Shown piece by piece: positions 1 through 16,037 of a DNA stretch of 60,759 nucleotides. Position numbers and translations under genes: made by a program. The stretch covers positions 1 through 60,759 of the forward strand of contig CAXHJY010000631.1 in NCBI GenBank assembly GCA_964016885.1, given 5' to 3'. The notes under the pieces are model-generated. The model saw only the letters and a program-made list of their open reading frames with translations, made no database searches and was not told the origin of the DNA. Numbering within the stretch: position 1 is the stretch's first letter; each line of letters opens with the position of its first letter. The DNA is from Eledone cirrhosa (Eukaryota).

Positions 1-17
1 GAGGAACCGAAGTTTTA

Positions 18-452
18 GATGGGGGGAGGAGGTGGTAACTGTTGGTAGTAGAAGGGGGAGGTGGTGTTAACTGTTGGTAGTAGAAGGGGAGGTGGTGGTA
101 GCTGTTGGTAGTAGAATGTGGAGGAGGTGGTAACTATTGTTAGTAGAAGGAGGAGGTGGTGGTAGCTGTTGGTGGTAGAAGGAGGAGGAGGTGGTAACTG
201 TTGGTAGTAGAAGGGGGAGGTGGTGGTAACTGTTGGTAGCAGAAGGGGGAGGAGGTGGTAACGGTTGGTGGTCGAAGGGGGAGGAGGTGGTAACTGTTGG
301 TAGTCGAAGGGGGGGGAGGTGGTAACTGTTGGTAGTAGAAGGGGGAGGAGGTGGTGGTAACAGTTGGTAGTAGAAGGAGGAGGTGGTGGTAGCTGTTGGT
401 AGTAGAAGGGGGAAGAGGTGGTAACTGTTGGTAGTAGAAGGGGGAGGAGGGG
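18..452. repeat. G-rich minisatellite, ~30-33 bp unit (ggtaactgttggtagtagaagggggaggaggt)
   Basis: Unit visibly repeated about 13 times; the 157-aa minus ORF only translates it. Confidence 0.85.
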
Positions 453-596
453 TAGATATGGGAGGAGCGAACTAAGGTTTCCTGCCAAATATTGTTACAA
501 GACCACGTCTACCCCTCGTTAGTGTTCCTCTCTTTAAATGGTGCTCACTCTCACCACATCCTAATTCTTCTTACACACATTTTATTGCATCCAGCT

Positions 597-1475
597 TCAC
601 CATCGTCATCATCGTCATCATCATCATCGTCATCGTCATCGTCACCATCGTCATCACCATCACCATCATCATCACCATCGTCATCATTATCATCATAATC
701 ATCATCATCATCGTCATCATCATCGTGATCGTCATCGTCTTCATCGTCTTCATTGTCATCATCATCATCATCGCCATCGTCATCACCATCGTCACCATCA
801 TCATTGTCATCATCACTACCATCCTCTTTAGCATCATCATCATCATCTTCATCTTAAATGTCGTCAGAATCATCACTATCATCAACATCATCGTCATGAT
901 CATGATCATGATCATGGTGGTGCAAGTGGTGTGATAGTGTTGTTATTGGCGGCGGCGGTGGTGGTGGCGACGGCGGCGGCGATGATAGTGGTAGTGTTGG
1001 TTGTGGTGGTGGTCTTAGTGGTCTTAGTGGTGGTGGTGGTGGTGGTAGTGGTGACATTTGTGACGGTGTTGGTGATGGTTTTGGTGGAGATATCGGTTGT
1101 GGTAGTAGTTGTGGTGGTGTTGGTGTTTGTGGTGGTGATGGTGTTGGCGGTGGTGTTGGTGATGGTGTTGGTGATGGTTATGACGGTGGTGGTGGTGATG
1201 ATGGTGGTGGCATTGGTGATGGTGTTAGTGGAGATATCGGTTGTGGTAGTAGTTGTGGTGGTGTTCGTGTTTGTGGTGGTGATGCCATTGGTGATGGTGT
1301 TGGTGATGGTGTTGGTGTTGGTGGTGGCATTGGTGACGGTGTTGGTGATGGTTATGACGGTGGTGGTGGTGATGGTGATGCCATTGCTGATGGCATTGGT
1401 GATGGTGTTGGTGATGGCATCGGTAATGGTGATGGTGACGGTTATGACGGTGGTGGTGTTGTTGGTAACATTGAT
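597..1475. repeat. Degenerate (CAT)n then (GGT/GAT)n trinucleotide repeat region
   Basis: Seen directly; gives poly-Met/Val/His ORFs in several frames. Confidence 0.9.
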
Positions 1476-1949
1476 GAGACACGAGAGATTGGGTGGTGGA
1501 AGAGAACAACAGTTCTACAGGAGGGAATTATTGGTAGAACTGCCTGCATTAAATGTCTGTTGCAATGAACAACGAAGACATTTCTAACAGCTTTTGTTGG
1601 CTATCAGTAAGGAATTTGATTTGTCTACAGAAATGGTAAAAGTAGCTTAGCACCATCTCATTAGCAATGACAATGTCATTAGCAGAAAAGGTTGGGTATA
1701 GAAGCGTATCAGCTTGGTGTAGATTTGTTGTGTGTGTATGTGTATGTGTTTGTTTGTGTGTGTGTGTGTGTGAGTGTGTGTATGTGTGTATGTGTGTATG
1801 TGTGTATGTATATATATATATGTGCACGTATACATGTATGTATGTTTGTCTGTCTGTGTGTCTGTGTGTGTTTATGTATGTGTTTATGTATATATGTATG
1901 AATGTGTGTGTGTGTATGTATGTGTGTATATATGTAAGTATATATATGC

Positions 1950-1997
<48 letters not shown>

Positions 1998-2092
1998 ATA
2001 TATGTATGTATTTGTGTGTCTCTGTATGTGTATCTATGTGTGAATGGATGTGTGTATATACGTATGTATATATATGCATGTATATATGTATG

Positions 2093-2206
<114 letters not shown>

Positions 2207-2568
2207 CACCTATATGTATGTATGTATATGTAATCATGTGCGTGTGAATGTGTGTGTATGCGTGTGAATGTGAGAGATATACTAATAGTGTGTATGTGTG
2301 AGCGATGGGAAATTTATGTATGTGTTAGATGAGATAAAGGATGTGGGGGTGGGGAAGGGGATGAAGGACTGATAGTGTTTGTAGGTGTGTGAGGAAGAGA
2401 GTGTATGTGTGTGTGTGTGAGGAAGAGAGTGTATGTGTGTGTGTGATAATTACTGACTTGATGTGTGTGTATGTGTGTTTGTGGTTGTTTGTAAGTATGT
2501 ATGTATATTCGTACTTATGTATATATTTAGGTAGGTACATATATCAGTATATATGTGTGTATGTATTT

Positions 2569-2669
<101 letters not shown>

Positions 2670-2790
2670 CTATGTAAGTATGTAAATATATATGTGTATG
2701 TATATAAGTATATATCATGTATGTATGTATGTAAGTATGTAAGTAGGTACGTGTGTCTGTATGTAGGTATGTATGTGTAAATGTACGTAC

Positions 2791-2832
<42 letters not shown>

Positions 2833-3325
2833 GTAAGTATGTAGGTATGTATGTGTATATGTACGTATGTATATATGTACACACACACACAAACACACAT
2901 ATATATATATTTATATATATATATAAATAAAACACACACACACATATATATATATATATAAATATGTAAGTATGTTTGTATGTATTTATGTATGTATGTA
3001 AGTATGTAGGTATCTATGTGTATATGTACGTATTTATATATGTAGCTATGTAAGTATGTATGTATGTAAGTATGTATGTATATATGTATGTATGTAAGTA
3101 TGTATGCAAATATATAAGTAGGTACATATGTAGGTAGGTAAGTATGTATGTATGTAAGTATGTATGTATATATGTATGTATGTAAGTATGTATGTACATA
3201 TATAAGTAGGTACATATGTAGGTAGGTAAGTATGTATGTATGTAAGTATGTATGTATATATTTATGTATATATGTATGTATGTATGTAAGTATGTATGTA
3301 CGTATGTATGTATATATGTATATAT

Positions 3326-3934
3326 GTCAGGTCACCAGTTGGTGCTACTGGTAACATGTATCCCAGTACAACCTGTCCCATGGTCGGGTCGTTGGCGACT
3401 AAACTGGCAACCCCACCAAGGTTTCTTGGTGAGGAGGGTGACTTTGGACATCCTGCAGGACTAAATACAAAACCTGTCAAAGGGCAAAGGAGCTCTTAAG
3501 AGTCAATGGCCATCCAAAATCACCGGGAGAGATGACCCCTTAGCCTTTGTCAAGGCAGAATTCTAGGAGAAGGAAAACTCTGATATAACACCTGCAACCC
3601 TGATGGTATCCAATGATGTTGACTTGTTCTTCTTTTTGGTAAATATCATCTTGGTTAAGAGAGTGGGACTGGCTTTGTGCAGTGCCTTTGCTCACTATAA
3701 AAGCTTCACGGCACAGGCATTGCTTTATATCTGGAGATCTCTCTGCACTTGTCGTCACATGGTACCATGGGCCCAGCACTATGTGTCAATAATTGTCACA
3801 AGTGTAGTGTTTGTACCAGAGTTTTCAAGTCGCTGGCTGGACTAAAAAGTCACACTCGTTCAGCGCATCGGTAGGGGTTCTCCTACATGGATATAAAGTA
3901 GTGGCCGTACTCGAAAACGAGTTGGCAGCCACCA
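3326..3934 (+). mobile_element. Non-autonomous bipartite RTE-clade LINE derivative (5' head + 3' end)
   Basis: 3' part encodes a C2H2-like remnant CHKCSVCTRVFKSLAGLKSHTRSAHR* of the type ending RTE ORFs; ends ttggcagccacca plus a (TATG)n-like tail; related copies at 25642, 33305 and 34658. Confidence 0.65.
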
Positions 3935-4711
3935 TATATGTATATATGTATGTAAGTATATATGTAAATATATAAGTAGGTACATATGGAGGTAGGTAAG
4001 TATGTATGTAAGTATGTATGTATGTATATATGTATGTATGTATATATGTATATATGTATGCAAGTATGTATGTAAATATATAAGTAGGTACATATGGAGG
4101 TAGATAAGTATGTATGTAAGTATGTATGTAAGTATGTATGTATGTATATATGTATGTAAGTATGTATGTAAGTATGTATGTATATATTTATGTATATATG
4201 TATGTATGTATGTAAGTATGTATGCAAATATATAAGTAGGTACATATGGAGGTAGGTTAGTAGGTAGTTGCGTAGTTAGGTATACATGACTGTTATTAAG
4301 TTAGTCAGTATACAATCTGAAGCAATTGTCTATAAGGTATTGAGTGGCTCTGGAACTAATGTGATTGTAGAACGATGACCATTTTTGGATTAATTCCATC
4401 TAAGAGATAATGGTCAAATGACTTTAGAGACAACATGTCCACATAGAAGATAGCGTGTGATGAGCTCCTTCGTTCCTCTTTTATCTCTCACGATTTCTTC
4501 CCCCATTCAATCCTATCCTATATTTCATCCTTTCAAACCCACAAAATCCTATTCTCTGCCTTTCTTCCTTCCTTCCTTCCTTCCTTCCTTCCTTCCTTCC
4601 TTCCTTCCTGCCTAGACACAGCCTCCCCCCCACCACCTTCTGTCTTCTTTCTTCCTTTTTTAAAAAGTTCTTTAATTGTATATATATATATATATATACA
4701 AACACAAACAT

Positions 4712-4754
<43 letters not shown>

Positions 4755-4810
4755 TATATATATATATAAGTACTGTACCGATTGTGTTGTTATTTCTGTT
4801 TACCTTTAAC

Positions 4811-4978
<168 letters not shown>

Positions 4979-5398
4979 CGGGATGTATGTGTCCGTGTTT
5001 GTCTGAGTGCGTGTGCACCATTCTTCACACCCAGCCTCCACCAGCCACACCATCAAATTCACCACCATCACCACCATCACCACCATCACCACCATCATCA
5101 CCATCACCATATATAAATGTACAATATATCCATCTACCTCGCCTCCCCTCTTAAAAGGTGTTTACATCACTTTCCTCATCCGTTATCAGAATTTTCAACT
5201 TCTCCTAAATTTCATTAAATGCCCCTCCACCCCGCCATCACCATCATAATCATCATCATCACCATCGTAATCATCATCATCATTATCACCATCGCCACCA
5301 TCATCATCATAATCATCGTCATCATCATCATCATCATTATCACCATCATCACCATCAACACCACCACCAACACAACCACCACCACCACCACCACCACC

Positions 5399-5468
<70 letters not shown>

Positions 5469-5630
5469 CCACCACCACCACCATCATCATCATCAACAAC
5501 AGTAGAGGCGCTACCGTCGCCGTCAACGCCATTTTGGTTATCATTAGACGTCCAAGAATTTAACTCCGTATCAGAAATTGGAAATCTACGAGAGGAACGA
5601 TGTGACATCATGAATTAGACATCAATCTTG

Positions 5631-5682
<52 letters not shown>

Positions 5683-5707
5683 CAGATTATACATATATTA
5701 TATACAT

Positions 5708-5804
<97 letters not shown>

Positions 5805-5861
5805 CATTATCCATATATATATAGAGTATATATATATAGGTATATATATATATATATATAT

Positions 5862-5931
<70 letters not shown>

Positions 5932-6036
5932 CATTATCCATATATATATAGAGTATATATATAGGTATATATATATATATATATATATATTATATCAATA
6001 GATTATATATATATAGGTATATATATATATATACAT

Positions 6037-6228
<192 letters not shown>

Positions 6229-6602
6229 TATACATACACATATACATACTGCTAACTAAACTCCGCCAGTCCGTCAGCTTTTCACAAACCGCTGTTAAAA
6301 CCTCTTTCGTCTCCCTCACCACCAAATGTTGTTAGATTTCCGTTTATAACAATATAATCCTTCTGAGTTCTCCATAAAGCTTATAATTTCTTCTACTATT
6401 CATTTTATAATTTCACAATCACTTCCTCCTTCTACTCTCACTTTCGATTTGGTCGTCGTCGATTTGTAATCACGAAGCTTCGACAGATCACGACACACTG
6501 TTGAGAGTTAAACAACTAGGTGAATAAAATCTGCAATACTACTTAATAGGAATCGCATTGCTGGGAACCACCAAGCAATGGCGTACACACACATACACAC
6601 GT

Positions 6603-6716
<114 letters not shown>

Positions 6717-6767
6717 GAATTCATATATACATTCGCGTATTCTCATAAGCACAAATTGACACACAAA

Positions 6768-6829
<62 letters not shown>

Positions 6830-7331
6830 AACACACAACACTTAATATTTACACACATGCTATACGACGGCACTGTCTACGATATATATATATACATACA
6901 TACATACATACATACATACATACATACATACATACATACATACATACATACCTACATACATACACATAGAATCTTCTGAAGAAATGATTTCGCTTTCATT
7001 CCTTTCCGTCTCTACATGAAGCTATAATATAGGATTAGCTGTTATGATATTAAGATTTCACCGAGTCAGATGTTACAATAGATGTGCTGGTATCAACACG
7101 AGATATGTCAGTCTTAGAGAGGCGAATAGTCCTTCGTTGATTATCACAGCTTTACTGCTTTCTACTAAGTCCGTAATGGCGCTTATAGGCTGACGAAACT
7201 TGACTATAAACTTAATCAGAGTCAATAATAATTGTATAGACAAACGCATATAGACTTACGTCACATACACACCTATATATATATATATATATATAGGTGT
7301 ATATATATATATTTATATATATATATGTATG

Positions 7332-7410
<79 letters not shown>

Positions 7411-7412
<2 letters not shown>

Positions 7413-7530
7413 GTTATTCCGGGTTGAATCGGAGGTAACCACAGTAAGTAAGGTACTCAATACATTGCAGAGTATAAAAGTTTTAATATAGATGAGATTC
7501 TACAGGACTAGAACTGTTTCATTCTTTAGA
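7411..7530 (-). mobile_element. Family B Penelope-like pLTR tail fragment in (TA)n
   Basis: Near-identical to 44008-44120 (acgttattccgggttgaatcggaggtaaccacag...ctagaactgtttcattc). Confidence 0.6.
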
Positions 7531-8087
7531 CGAAATATCTTGTTAAAATACACTAGCTAGGAACTTTATTTATTTTGTTTTATTTGTCACATTTTCCCCA
7601 TTATATATGACTACCTCATTGCAACGGTTTTCTGAAAATTATCAGTCATTCATTAATTATTTCATATTCATGGAATAATGTGAAAGAACTCAAGGCCAAA
7701 ATAGGTGTTAAAACAACAAAATGCCGGCAATGACGGCTTAGGGTAAGCATTACATGAAATGACAGAAATCAGTGGCTGGAATTGTGTTGGCTAACACGTT
7801 TTTTCACATTTCTAGCCACTGACGAAGTCTTATAATTTCGCACTTCATTCCCGTCTTCAAGACAATTTTCAGAATTTTAATTGCATCTTTTCTATATGTT
7901 GGTTTTGGTTTATCTTTAAGGGATGGAATGGAGAATCTACTACCACAATACATCTATGCCAGGTCTCCAGTAAGAACAGTTGACATGGAATACCAGAAGA
8001 GCATTCAGAAAGACTTCGCCTTGTTTACTGGTTAGAAAATTATATTTCTCATCTCATCAATATTATAACAAAATTATAATAACGATA

Positions 8088-8277
8088 TTATGGCAGTATT
8101 GGCAGTATCAATAGAGGGTCGGACGCCATGTTTTCCAGCATTGTTACGTCCCTTTACGGTCTGAGTTCCAATCCTGCCGAGGTTAACTTTGCTTTTCATC
8201 ATTACGGGGTCGATAAAATAAAGTACCAGTAATGCACTGGGTAATTGCTGGCCTTGTGCCAAAAGTAGAAACAATTA
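8088..8277 (+). mobile_element. tRNA-derived SINE (octopod OK-like)
   Basis: B-box-like gagttccaatcc, body ggggtcgataaaataaagtaccag, tail ggccttgtgccaaaagtagaaacaatt; many copies in the window. Confidence 0.8.
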
Positions 8278-8376
8278 TAGATATCATTTATATGATAAAA
8301 TATAACTGGAAAATCATGCAAACTTGTCTTTAAATATTATATAGAAACATACGTATATATATTATATACAAACATA

Positions 8377-8564
8377 AGGCGGTGGATTGGCAGTATCGGT
8401 AGAAGGTCGGACGCCATGCTTTGACGCAAAGAATTACGGCTCTTTCCATTCTGAGTTCAAATCCCACCGAGGTTAACTTTGCCTTTCATTCTTACGGGGT
8501 CGATAAAATAAAGTACCAGTAATACACTGTGTAATTGCTGGCCTTGTGTCAAAAATAGAAACAA

Positions 8565-8567
<3 letters not shown>
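8377..8567 (+). mobile_element. tRNA-derived SINE (octopod OK-like), second copy
   Basis: Head ggcggtggattggcagtatcggtaga, B-box gagttcaaatcc, same body and tail as 8088. Confidence 0.8.
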
Positions 8568-8610
<43 letters not shown>

Positions 8611-9271
8611 TTGAGCGACATCTGTCTGTAGAAACAATTATATAGAAACATATGTATATATATGTATACACAGTTCAAGAGTAACCAATCTTAAAGAGAG
8701 AGATGGAGATAGGAGAGGAGAGATTGGTGAATTAGTTAGAAGCCAAAGCGTAAAGGCATGTGCTCAATGTGCAATATGCAGTGGAAGGCAGCTAGGTGGC
8801 TGGGTTCATGCAGAGGTTAGGTGCACAGAGCTGGAAATATTCATTAGTTAAGCAAAGTAGATAACTATTAGCTGTCAACATCGAAGGGCTAATTCCTTCG
8901 CCAATAGAATATTTGACACAACATAGTCATCTAGCCCCATTTTTACTTGTAACTATCTTAGATAATTATAAGTTACCTCTTTTACATTGTCTCTCAAGTA
9001 AAAAATAAAAAAAATTAGCACTTAACTATAAACTACCCACAATTTCTAATCTCTTCTCCTGAAACCACCCTCTAATTAGTAAGGTAAATATATCCAATGG
9101 CGGCCATGTTGTTACTCATAGGCAGATCTCCCAAAATGCAGCCTCGACAGAAGAATACTGGTCGACTATGGCAGACAATTGATATAGCCAGGTCACCATA
9201 GTGAAATACCAACATGGAACATTACATTTATGTAATATTCTTTTCTTATTTTAATTTATATTCCTTTTGAA

Positions 9272-9390
9272 GTTCTGATGAGCTGCTCTATTTTTATCTA
9301 TGTTAATTATTTTCAACTGACCCAGATCAATAATGATATATAATCATTTGATCCAGAAATATTATATGGAGTAGCGAAACAATTGTAAAC
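9272..9390 (+). ncRNA. Putative type I hammerhead ribozyme with a long stem II loop
   Basis: gtt-CTGATGA(9275-9281); stem II gctgctcta/tggagtagc (9 bp, 2 G-U); GAAA(9376-9379); c-aatt-g palindromic stem III; GUA cleavage triplet; aac closes a 3-bp stem I. Confidence 0.6.
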
Positions 9391-9528
9391 GGACATTATT
9401 ATTATTAATATTATTATTATTCTCTACATTCCTTACATCAAACTAAAATATGTTGACAATCTTTTAATAATGTCTTCCTTGTGAAATTTGTGGTCTTGTT
9501 TTGCTTAACTAATGAATGTATATATATG

Positions 9529-9622
<94 letters not shown>

Positions 9623-10090
9623 AGTGTGTGTATATGTATATATATATGTATATATATATATGTATAGATATATATATATATATATATGTGTGTGTATGAG
9701 TGTGTGTATATATATGTATATATATGTATATATATATATGTGTGTGTGCGAGTGTGTGTGTGTGTATATGTATATATATGTATATATATGTATATATATA
9801 TATATATGTGTGTGTATCTATATATATATGTATATATATATATATTATAGAAACATGTTTAAACATTATATAGAAAGATACGTTATAGAAACACAAAGAC
9901 AGATGTATTGAGTAGGAGAAGCGAAATGGCATGCAATATATAAATGTGTGTGTAAGTGAGGGCATGTGTGTGTGTGTGTGTGTGTGTGAAAATGAAATAG
10001 AAATACCGACAGATACACACACACACACACATATATAATATAACATAATAAATATATATATATATATATATATATGTAAGGTGCATGTAC

Positions 10091-10126
<36 letters not shown>

Positions 10127-10350
10127 ACACACACAAACAGACACGCCTGCTCCACCATCCTCACCACATACGCAACACAAATATAATGTAGGCTAATGTT
10201 TTTGGCGATTAAATATAATGTTTCTGCAGAATTTGACTCGGATTAAAGTCTGAATTTTTCTTTAGACTTTAAAGGGATTACAATAGAAACCCCTTTTCCA
10301 TAGAAAAAGAAGAAAAAACGGCTACATGCTTACTGTATAAGACATGTATA

Positions 10351-10426
<76 letters not shown>

Positions 10427-10497
10427 AATGCGTGTGGTGGTAAGAAAACTCTCAGCTGGAGAGTTGAAAGTTCACACACACACACACACCCACACAC

Positions 10498-10623
<126 letters not shown>

Positions 10624-10812
10624 CATATATATATATACATATATATACATATATATATATATATGTATATATCTGTCTGCCCGTGTGTTAATATATTTAA
10701 TGTGTATGTATATGTGTATATATGTATTATGTTGTGTAGTATTTTAGATGGTAAGAAGAGTTGTATGTATATATATATATAGAGAGAGAGAGATAGATAG
10801 ATAGATAGATAT

Positions 10813-10869
<57 letters not shown>

Positions 10870-11166
10870 ATGTTAGGTAGGTAGGTGTGTAGGTAGGTGG
10901 GTAGGTATGTAGGTGGGTAGGTAGGTAGGTAAGTATTCATATATAACCGACTTTCAATTAATAAAAAAACTGAATGTTAAAGTCTTCGAAAGTTCTATAG
11001 CTGCAAAAGAACTGGGATTACGAAACATCCTGCTTTTTAACAATTCAAACGATTGTATGGTCGTATGTACATGAATATGTCTCTCTCTGTCTCTCTCTGT
11101 TTCTCTGTGTGTCTTTCTCTCTCTCTCTTTCTCTGTGTGTCTTTCTCTCTCTCTCTTTCTCTGTGC

Positions 11167-11255
<89 letters not shown>

Positions 11256-11339
11256 TATATACATATATAGATACATATGCATACACACACATATATATTA
11301 GGTGTCATAGAAAATCTACCGCGGTTTCGGCTAGTTACT

Positions 11340-11389
<50 letters not shown>

Positions 11390-11610
11390 CGCATATGTAC
11401 ATTTACATTTCCTAGAATGTGAAAATTATTCGTCAGCACTGCTTCAATGATATTGGCACCAAAGATCAAAACGATGCATTGCTTGCTCCCCGTGTCATAC
11501 AGTACCGACAAGAATCAAGCTCACATCTTATATCCACATCTAAATACATTTAAGATGATGGTGATGATTATAATTTACAACCATATTTCCAATGGTCGTT
11601 AAGTAAAGCT

Positions 11611-11692
11611 TGAGTAATGCACTGGGGTCGATTTAATCGATTTTCCCTACTCCTCAAATTGCTAGCCTTTTGCCTAAAGTAGAAACAATTAT
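11611..11692 (+). mobile_element. 3' fragment of OK-like SINE
   Basis: gcactggggtcgatttaatcga...aaagtagaaacaatt. Confidence 0.6.
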
Positions 11693-11725
11693 TAGGTCTG
11701 TTCGATTTCAGCCGATTTGGGGATA

Positions 11726-12164
11726 AACCTCTTCATCATCAACAACAACTACAAACACAACAATAAAATTGAAAAGAGCAACAACACTTAAACCAGAAAT
11801 ATCAACAAGAGAAAGCAAACCGTCACCACAAAATACAACAATAACCACAACTACAACTACAAACACAAGAACAACAACTACAACATTAACAACAGCTACT
11901 ACAACAAACACAAGCACTACTACTACAACAACAAACGCAACAGAAACTACAACAACCACCACAACAAGAACAACAATAAAATTAACAACAGCAACAACAC
12001 TTAAACCAGAAATATCAACAAAAGAAAGCAAACCGCTACCACAAAATACAACAATTACCCCAACTACTACAACAACCATCACAACAACAACAACAACAAC
12101 AATTACAACAATAAACACAAGAACTACTACAACAACAAGAACAACAAGAACAACAACAATATAA
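11726..12164 (+). repeat. (ACA)n-rich region with a 213-nt in-frame duplication (Thr-rich ORF)
   Basis: cttaaaccagaaatatcaaca at 11787 and 12000. Confidence 0.6.
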
Positions 12165-12348
12165 ACATGCAGAGATAATAGTAGGCCGTTAGATGTTCCA
12201 GTTACGTAAATTAAGGAGGCGTCGGGATGTCTGTCATGAGATTTCGTGACCTAACACCATACACAAGATTAGAACTCAACAAGTATGTATGAAGTTGGTT
12301 GTTCATAATCTCTCTCTCTCTCTCTCTCACTCTCTCTCTCTTCCCCTC

Positions 12349-12410
<62 letters not shown>

Positions 12411-12689
12411 GTCTACTGTTTGCTGTCTGCACTCTGCACTCTGCACTCTGCTCTCTGTCCTCTGCACTTGAGGATAGGTAGCGTCATGTAAGCTACTCGT
12501 GTGAGCCGCTTTGCTCGAGTCTTACATAATGTAGACATAGACGAACGGACCTCACAAGATATAAGAAGGAAGACAGAGACAACAACATCAACAACAACAA
12601 CAACAACTACACCATATAAACATACTGCAACAGAAGGAAGTAATTGATCTAATGCATGAGCAATATCAAACAAAACCATATATATATAT

Positions 12690-12770
12690 AATTATATGAA
12701 AAACGTAAAATAAGAAAATTATAGTAATTAGCTTACTATAATTTTCTTATTTTACGTTTTTCATATAATT
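12690..12770. repeat. Perfect hairpin, ~38-bp arms, next to a (TA)n tract
   Basis: aattatatgaaaaacgtaaaataagaaaattatagtaa / ttactataattttcttattttacgtttttcatataatt. Confidence 0.8.
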
Positions 12771-12883
12771 GTTCTGCATCCCCTTGCATTGAACCACAAA
12801 GTTACTAAGACAAAACCTATATATTTGCTTGGATAGGTATACATCTGTATATATATGTTGGTAGATATACTAATCCTATATAT

Positions 12884-13195
12884 ATGAGAGTGCAAATGAG
12901 AGTGCAAAACCTATCCTGGAAACGACATCCCACCTTGTCTAAAATCTATGGCAAACTCCCTCGAGCCTCTGCCCTTCTAAAATCCCGGAAAGCTCAATTT
13001 GCTGGCCACTGTCACCGTGCCAGCAATGGAATCATATCTGTTCTCTTGCTCTGGAACCCTGACTCCAGCCTGACTAGGAGTAGGAAGCTGTCATTCCCTG
13101 ACGTTATCTCTAGGGATACGGGAATCAGTAGACAGGACCTGCCTTTTTATGAAGGATAAATAGTTAGACATGGCCAGGGCCAATACTGGCCGAAA
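12884..13195 (+). mobile_element. 5'-truncated RTE/RTE-X LINE, C-terminal ORF remnant
   Basis: NLSWKRHPT...LKSRKAQFAGHCHRA...LLLWNP...SFPDVISRDTG resembles the post-RT region of RTE-type ORFs; flanked by TA repeats. Confidence 0.75.
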
Positions 13196-13202
13196 TATAT
13201 AA

Positions 13203-13233
<31 letters not shown>

Positions 13234-13372
13234 CATATATATATATCTATGTGTGTGTGTGTGTGTGTGTCTGTGTGTGTAGTCTGCGGTGCTGAGGCCG
13301 GAGAGACCCCTGATCGTAAGAAGACTAAGAACATGGGGAGATGCAGAGATGGTAGAGAGATAGGCAAAATAC

Positions 13373-13467
<95 letters not shown>

Positions 13468-13824
13468 TATATATATATATATATATATTAGGTAGAGTGA
13501 AATAAGATTATAAAACTTCTTTGGGATTAAAAGAAGTTTTAGAAATGGAAAAATAATTTAAAAGATGTTACAAAAGGTATTAAAATTATTATTGAAAAGA
13601 AATTAATAAACTTTCTCTCTAAGACACTTAAAAAATATAAATAGATAATAAATAAAGATACAAGAAGACACACCTCAGTTTGACATCTCTAAACAACAAA
13701 ATATTTGTACAAAGGTAATATATATGAGGAAGTTAATGTCTTTCTCTATATATATATATATATATATATGCACACATAAAGTCTGAGAAGTTTATGTATG
13801 TATGTATGTATGTATGTATGTATG

Positions 13825-13914
<90 letters not shown>

Positions 13915-13992
13915 CATATATATACATATTCATATATATCGGCACTGACAGACAGATACGCGGTATTATGTACAGGACAACATTTTTTTCAC

Positions 13993-14065
<73 letters not shown>

Positions 14066-14274
14066 CTTACATACACAAGTGCACACATTGACAATAGAAC
14101 TCTCAAAGCACAGATTTTAAACAAACCCCAAAACAGCAATTTTAAATAAATCGAATAACAACCACAACAATGCACATAAACAATAGAAGGGTGACAGCAT
14201 CAATAAAATCAATATTTTAGAAATGTCAAGTGATACATAGACACATATATATGTATAGATGGGAACACAGAAAA

Positions 14275-14356
<82 letters not shown>

Positions 14357-14461
14357 ATATTATATATATATAATATAAAATATATATATATATATATTAA
14401 TATATATTTATAATATATTAATATATATATATATATATATACATTAATATATATATATATG

Positions 14462-14536
<75 letters not shown>

Positions 14537-14613
14537 GTAATAATATATATTATATTATATATATATATAATATATTATATATATATGTGTGTATGTAAAA
14601 GGTAAACAGAAAT

Positions 14614-14708
<95 letters not shown>

Positions 14709-14746
14709 TAAATATATATATATAATATATGTATATAATATCTTAA

Positions 14747-14808
<62 letters not shown>

Positions 14809-15308
14809 TTTCTTTTCTAAATTTATCTTTGAGGAAATTTCAGAATTATTTTTTTTAGAAATATATGTATTTTTTTTCTCTTAAACATTTCTTTTATTTT
14901 TGCTACAGGGAACAACATAATAAGCGGGAAAAAAATGTTATATTATTGGTGGAATCAGTTTTAAAATAGCATGAAATAAAATAGAGAAAAACATTAAGAT
15001 TATCCGTTAATCGGATTAAATACGAGTATAAGTAACCAGGAATAGTGAATGTTGAATTAGACGAAAACGTTTGAATTCCTCCCGCAACAGGATCCGGATA
15101 AAGCCATTACAAAAGATTGAGCAAGGGTGTTCTACCAATATTAGGGATATTTTTGTTGTAGCTGTTGTAGTTGCTGTCGTCGTTGTTGTTATAGCTATCG
15201 TTGTTGTTGTAGTTATTGTGTATTTTTATAGTTATTTGGTGTTATTTTAAGGGATACCGGCGGTTTTAAGCAGTATATATGTATTATGCTTCTCTACACG
15301 TTTCTCTG

Positions 15309-15404
<96 letters not shown>

Positions 15405-15496
15405 CACATATATATATATATGTGTATGTGTGTGTGTATATATATATAATATTGAAATAATTGTAATTTGCGTAATATAATGTAATACCATATGAT

Positions 15497-15544
<48 letters not shown>

Positions 15545-15702
15545 TACGTATATATACATTTACATGTGTATATATACCCATATCTATAATGTGTGTGTGT
15601 GTAGAGGGTAGTTGCTATCATTCACCGTTATACTATATATTTTGAAGAAATGTATGTACTATGTGTATATATGTGTACATATATATACATACACACATAC
15701 AT

Positions 15703-15770
<68 letters not shown>

Positions 15771-15865
15771 GTGTTCATCTGTATATGTGCGTGGATGTAG
15801 GGTTGCTTACATTTCATTCTGAAAATGAATAAATATATATAAATATATATATATATATATACATC

Positions 15866-16037
<172 letters not shown>

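Noticed and set aside
931-1587. 218-aa poly-Val ORF as a membrane protein
   Set aside because: Degenerate (GGT/GAT)n repeat with no ATG start or domain evidence.
5195-5611. 138-aa Asp/Gly-rich minus ORF
   Set aside because: Mostly (GAT)n/(GGT)n repeat, open in several frames, with no recognisable domain.
7819-7860. CTGACGA as a hammerhead core (also near 7190, 34277 and 48529)
   Set aside because: No paired stem II followed by GAAA and UH in the correct geometry.
12195-12290. Upstream exon of the transcription factor (RFRDLTPYTRLELNK then gtatgt, loosely like the T-box GFRD end)
   Set aside because: No NPFAK motif, an in-frame stop just upstream, and the donor phase does not match the 23517 acceptor.
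14909-14970. Exon after the acceptor-like ttttgctacAG
   Set aside because: All frames stop within about 20 codons and no good donor follows.
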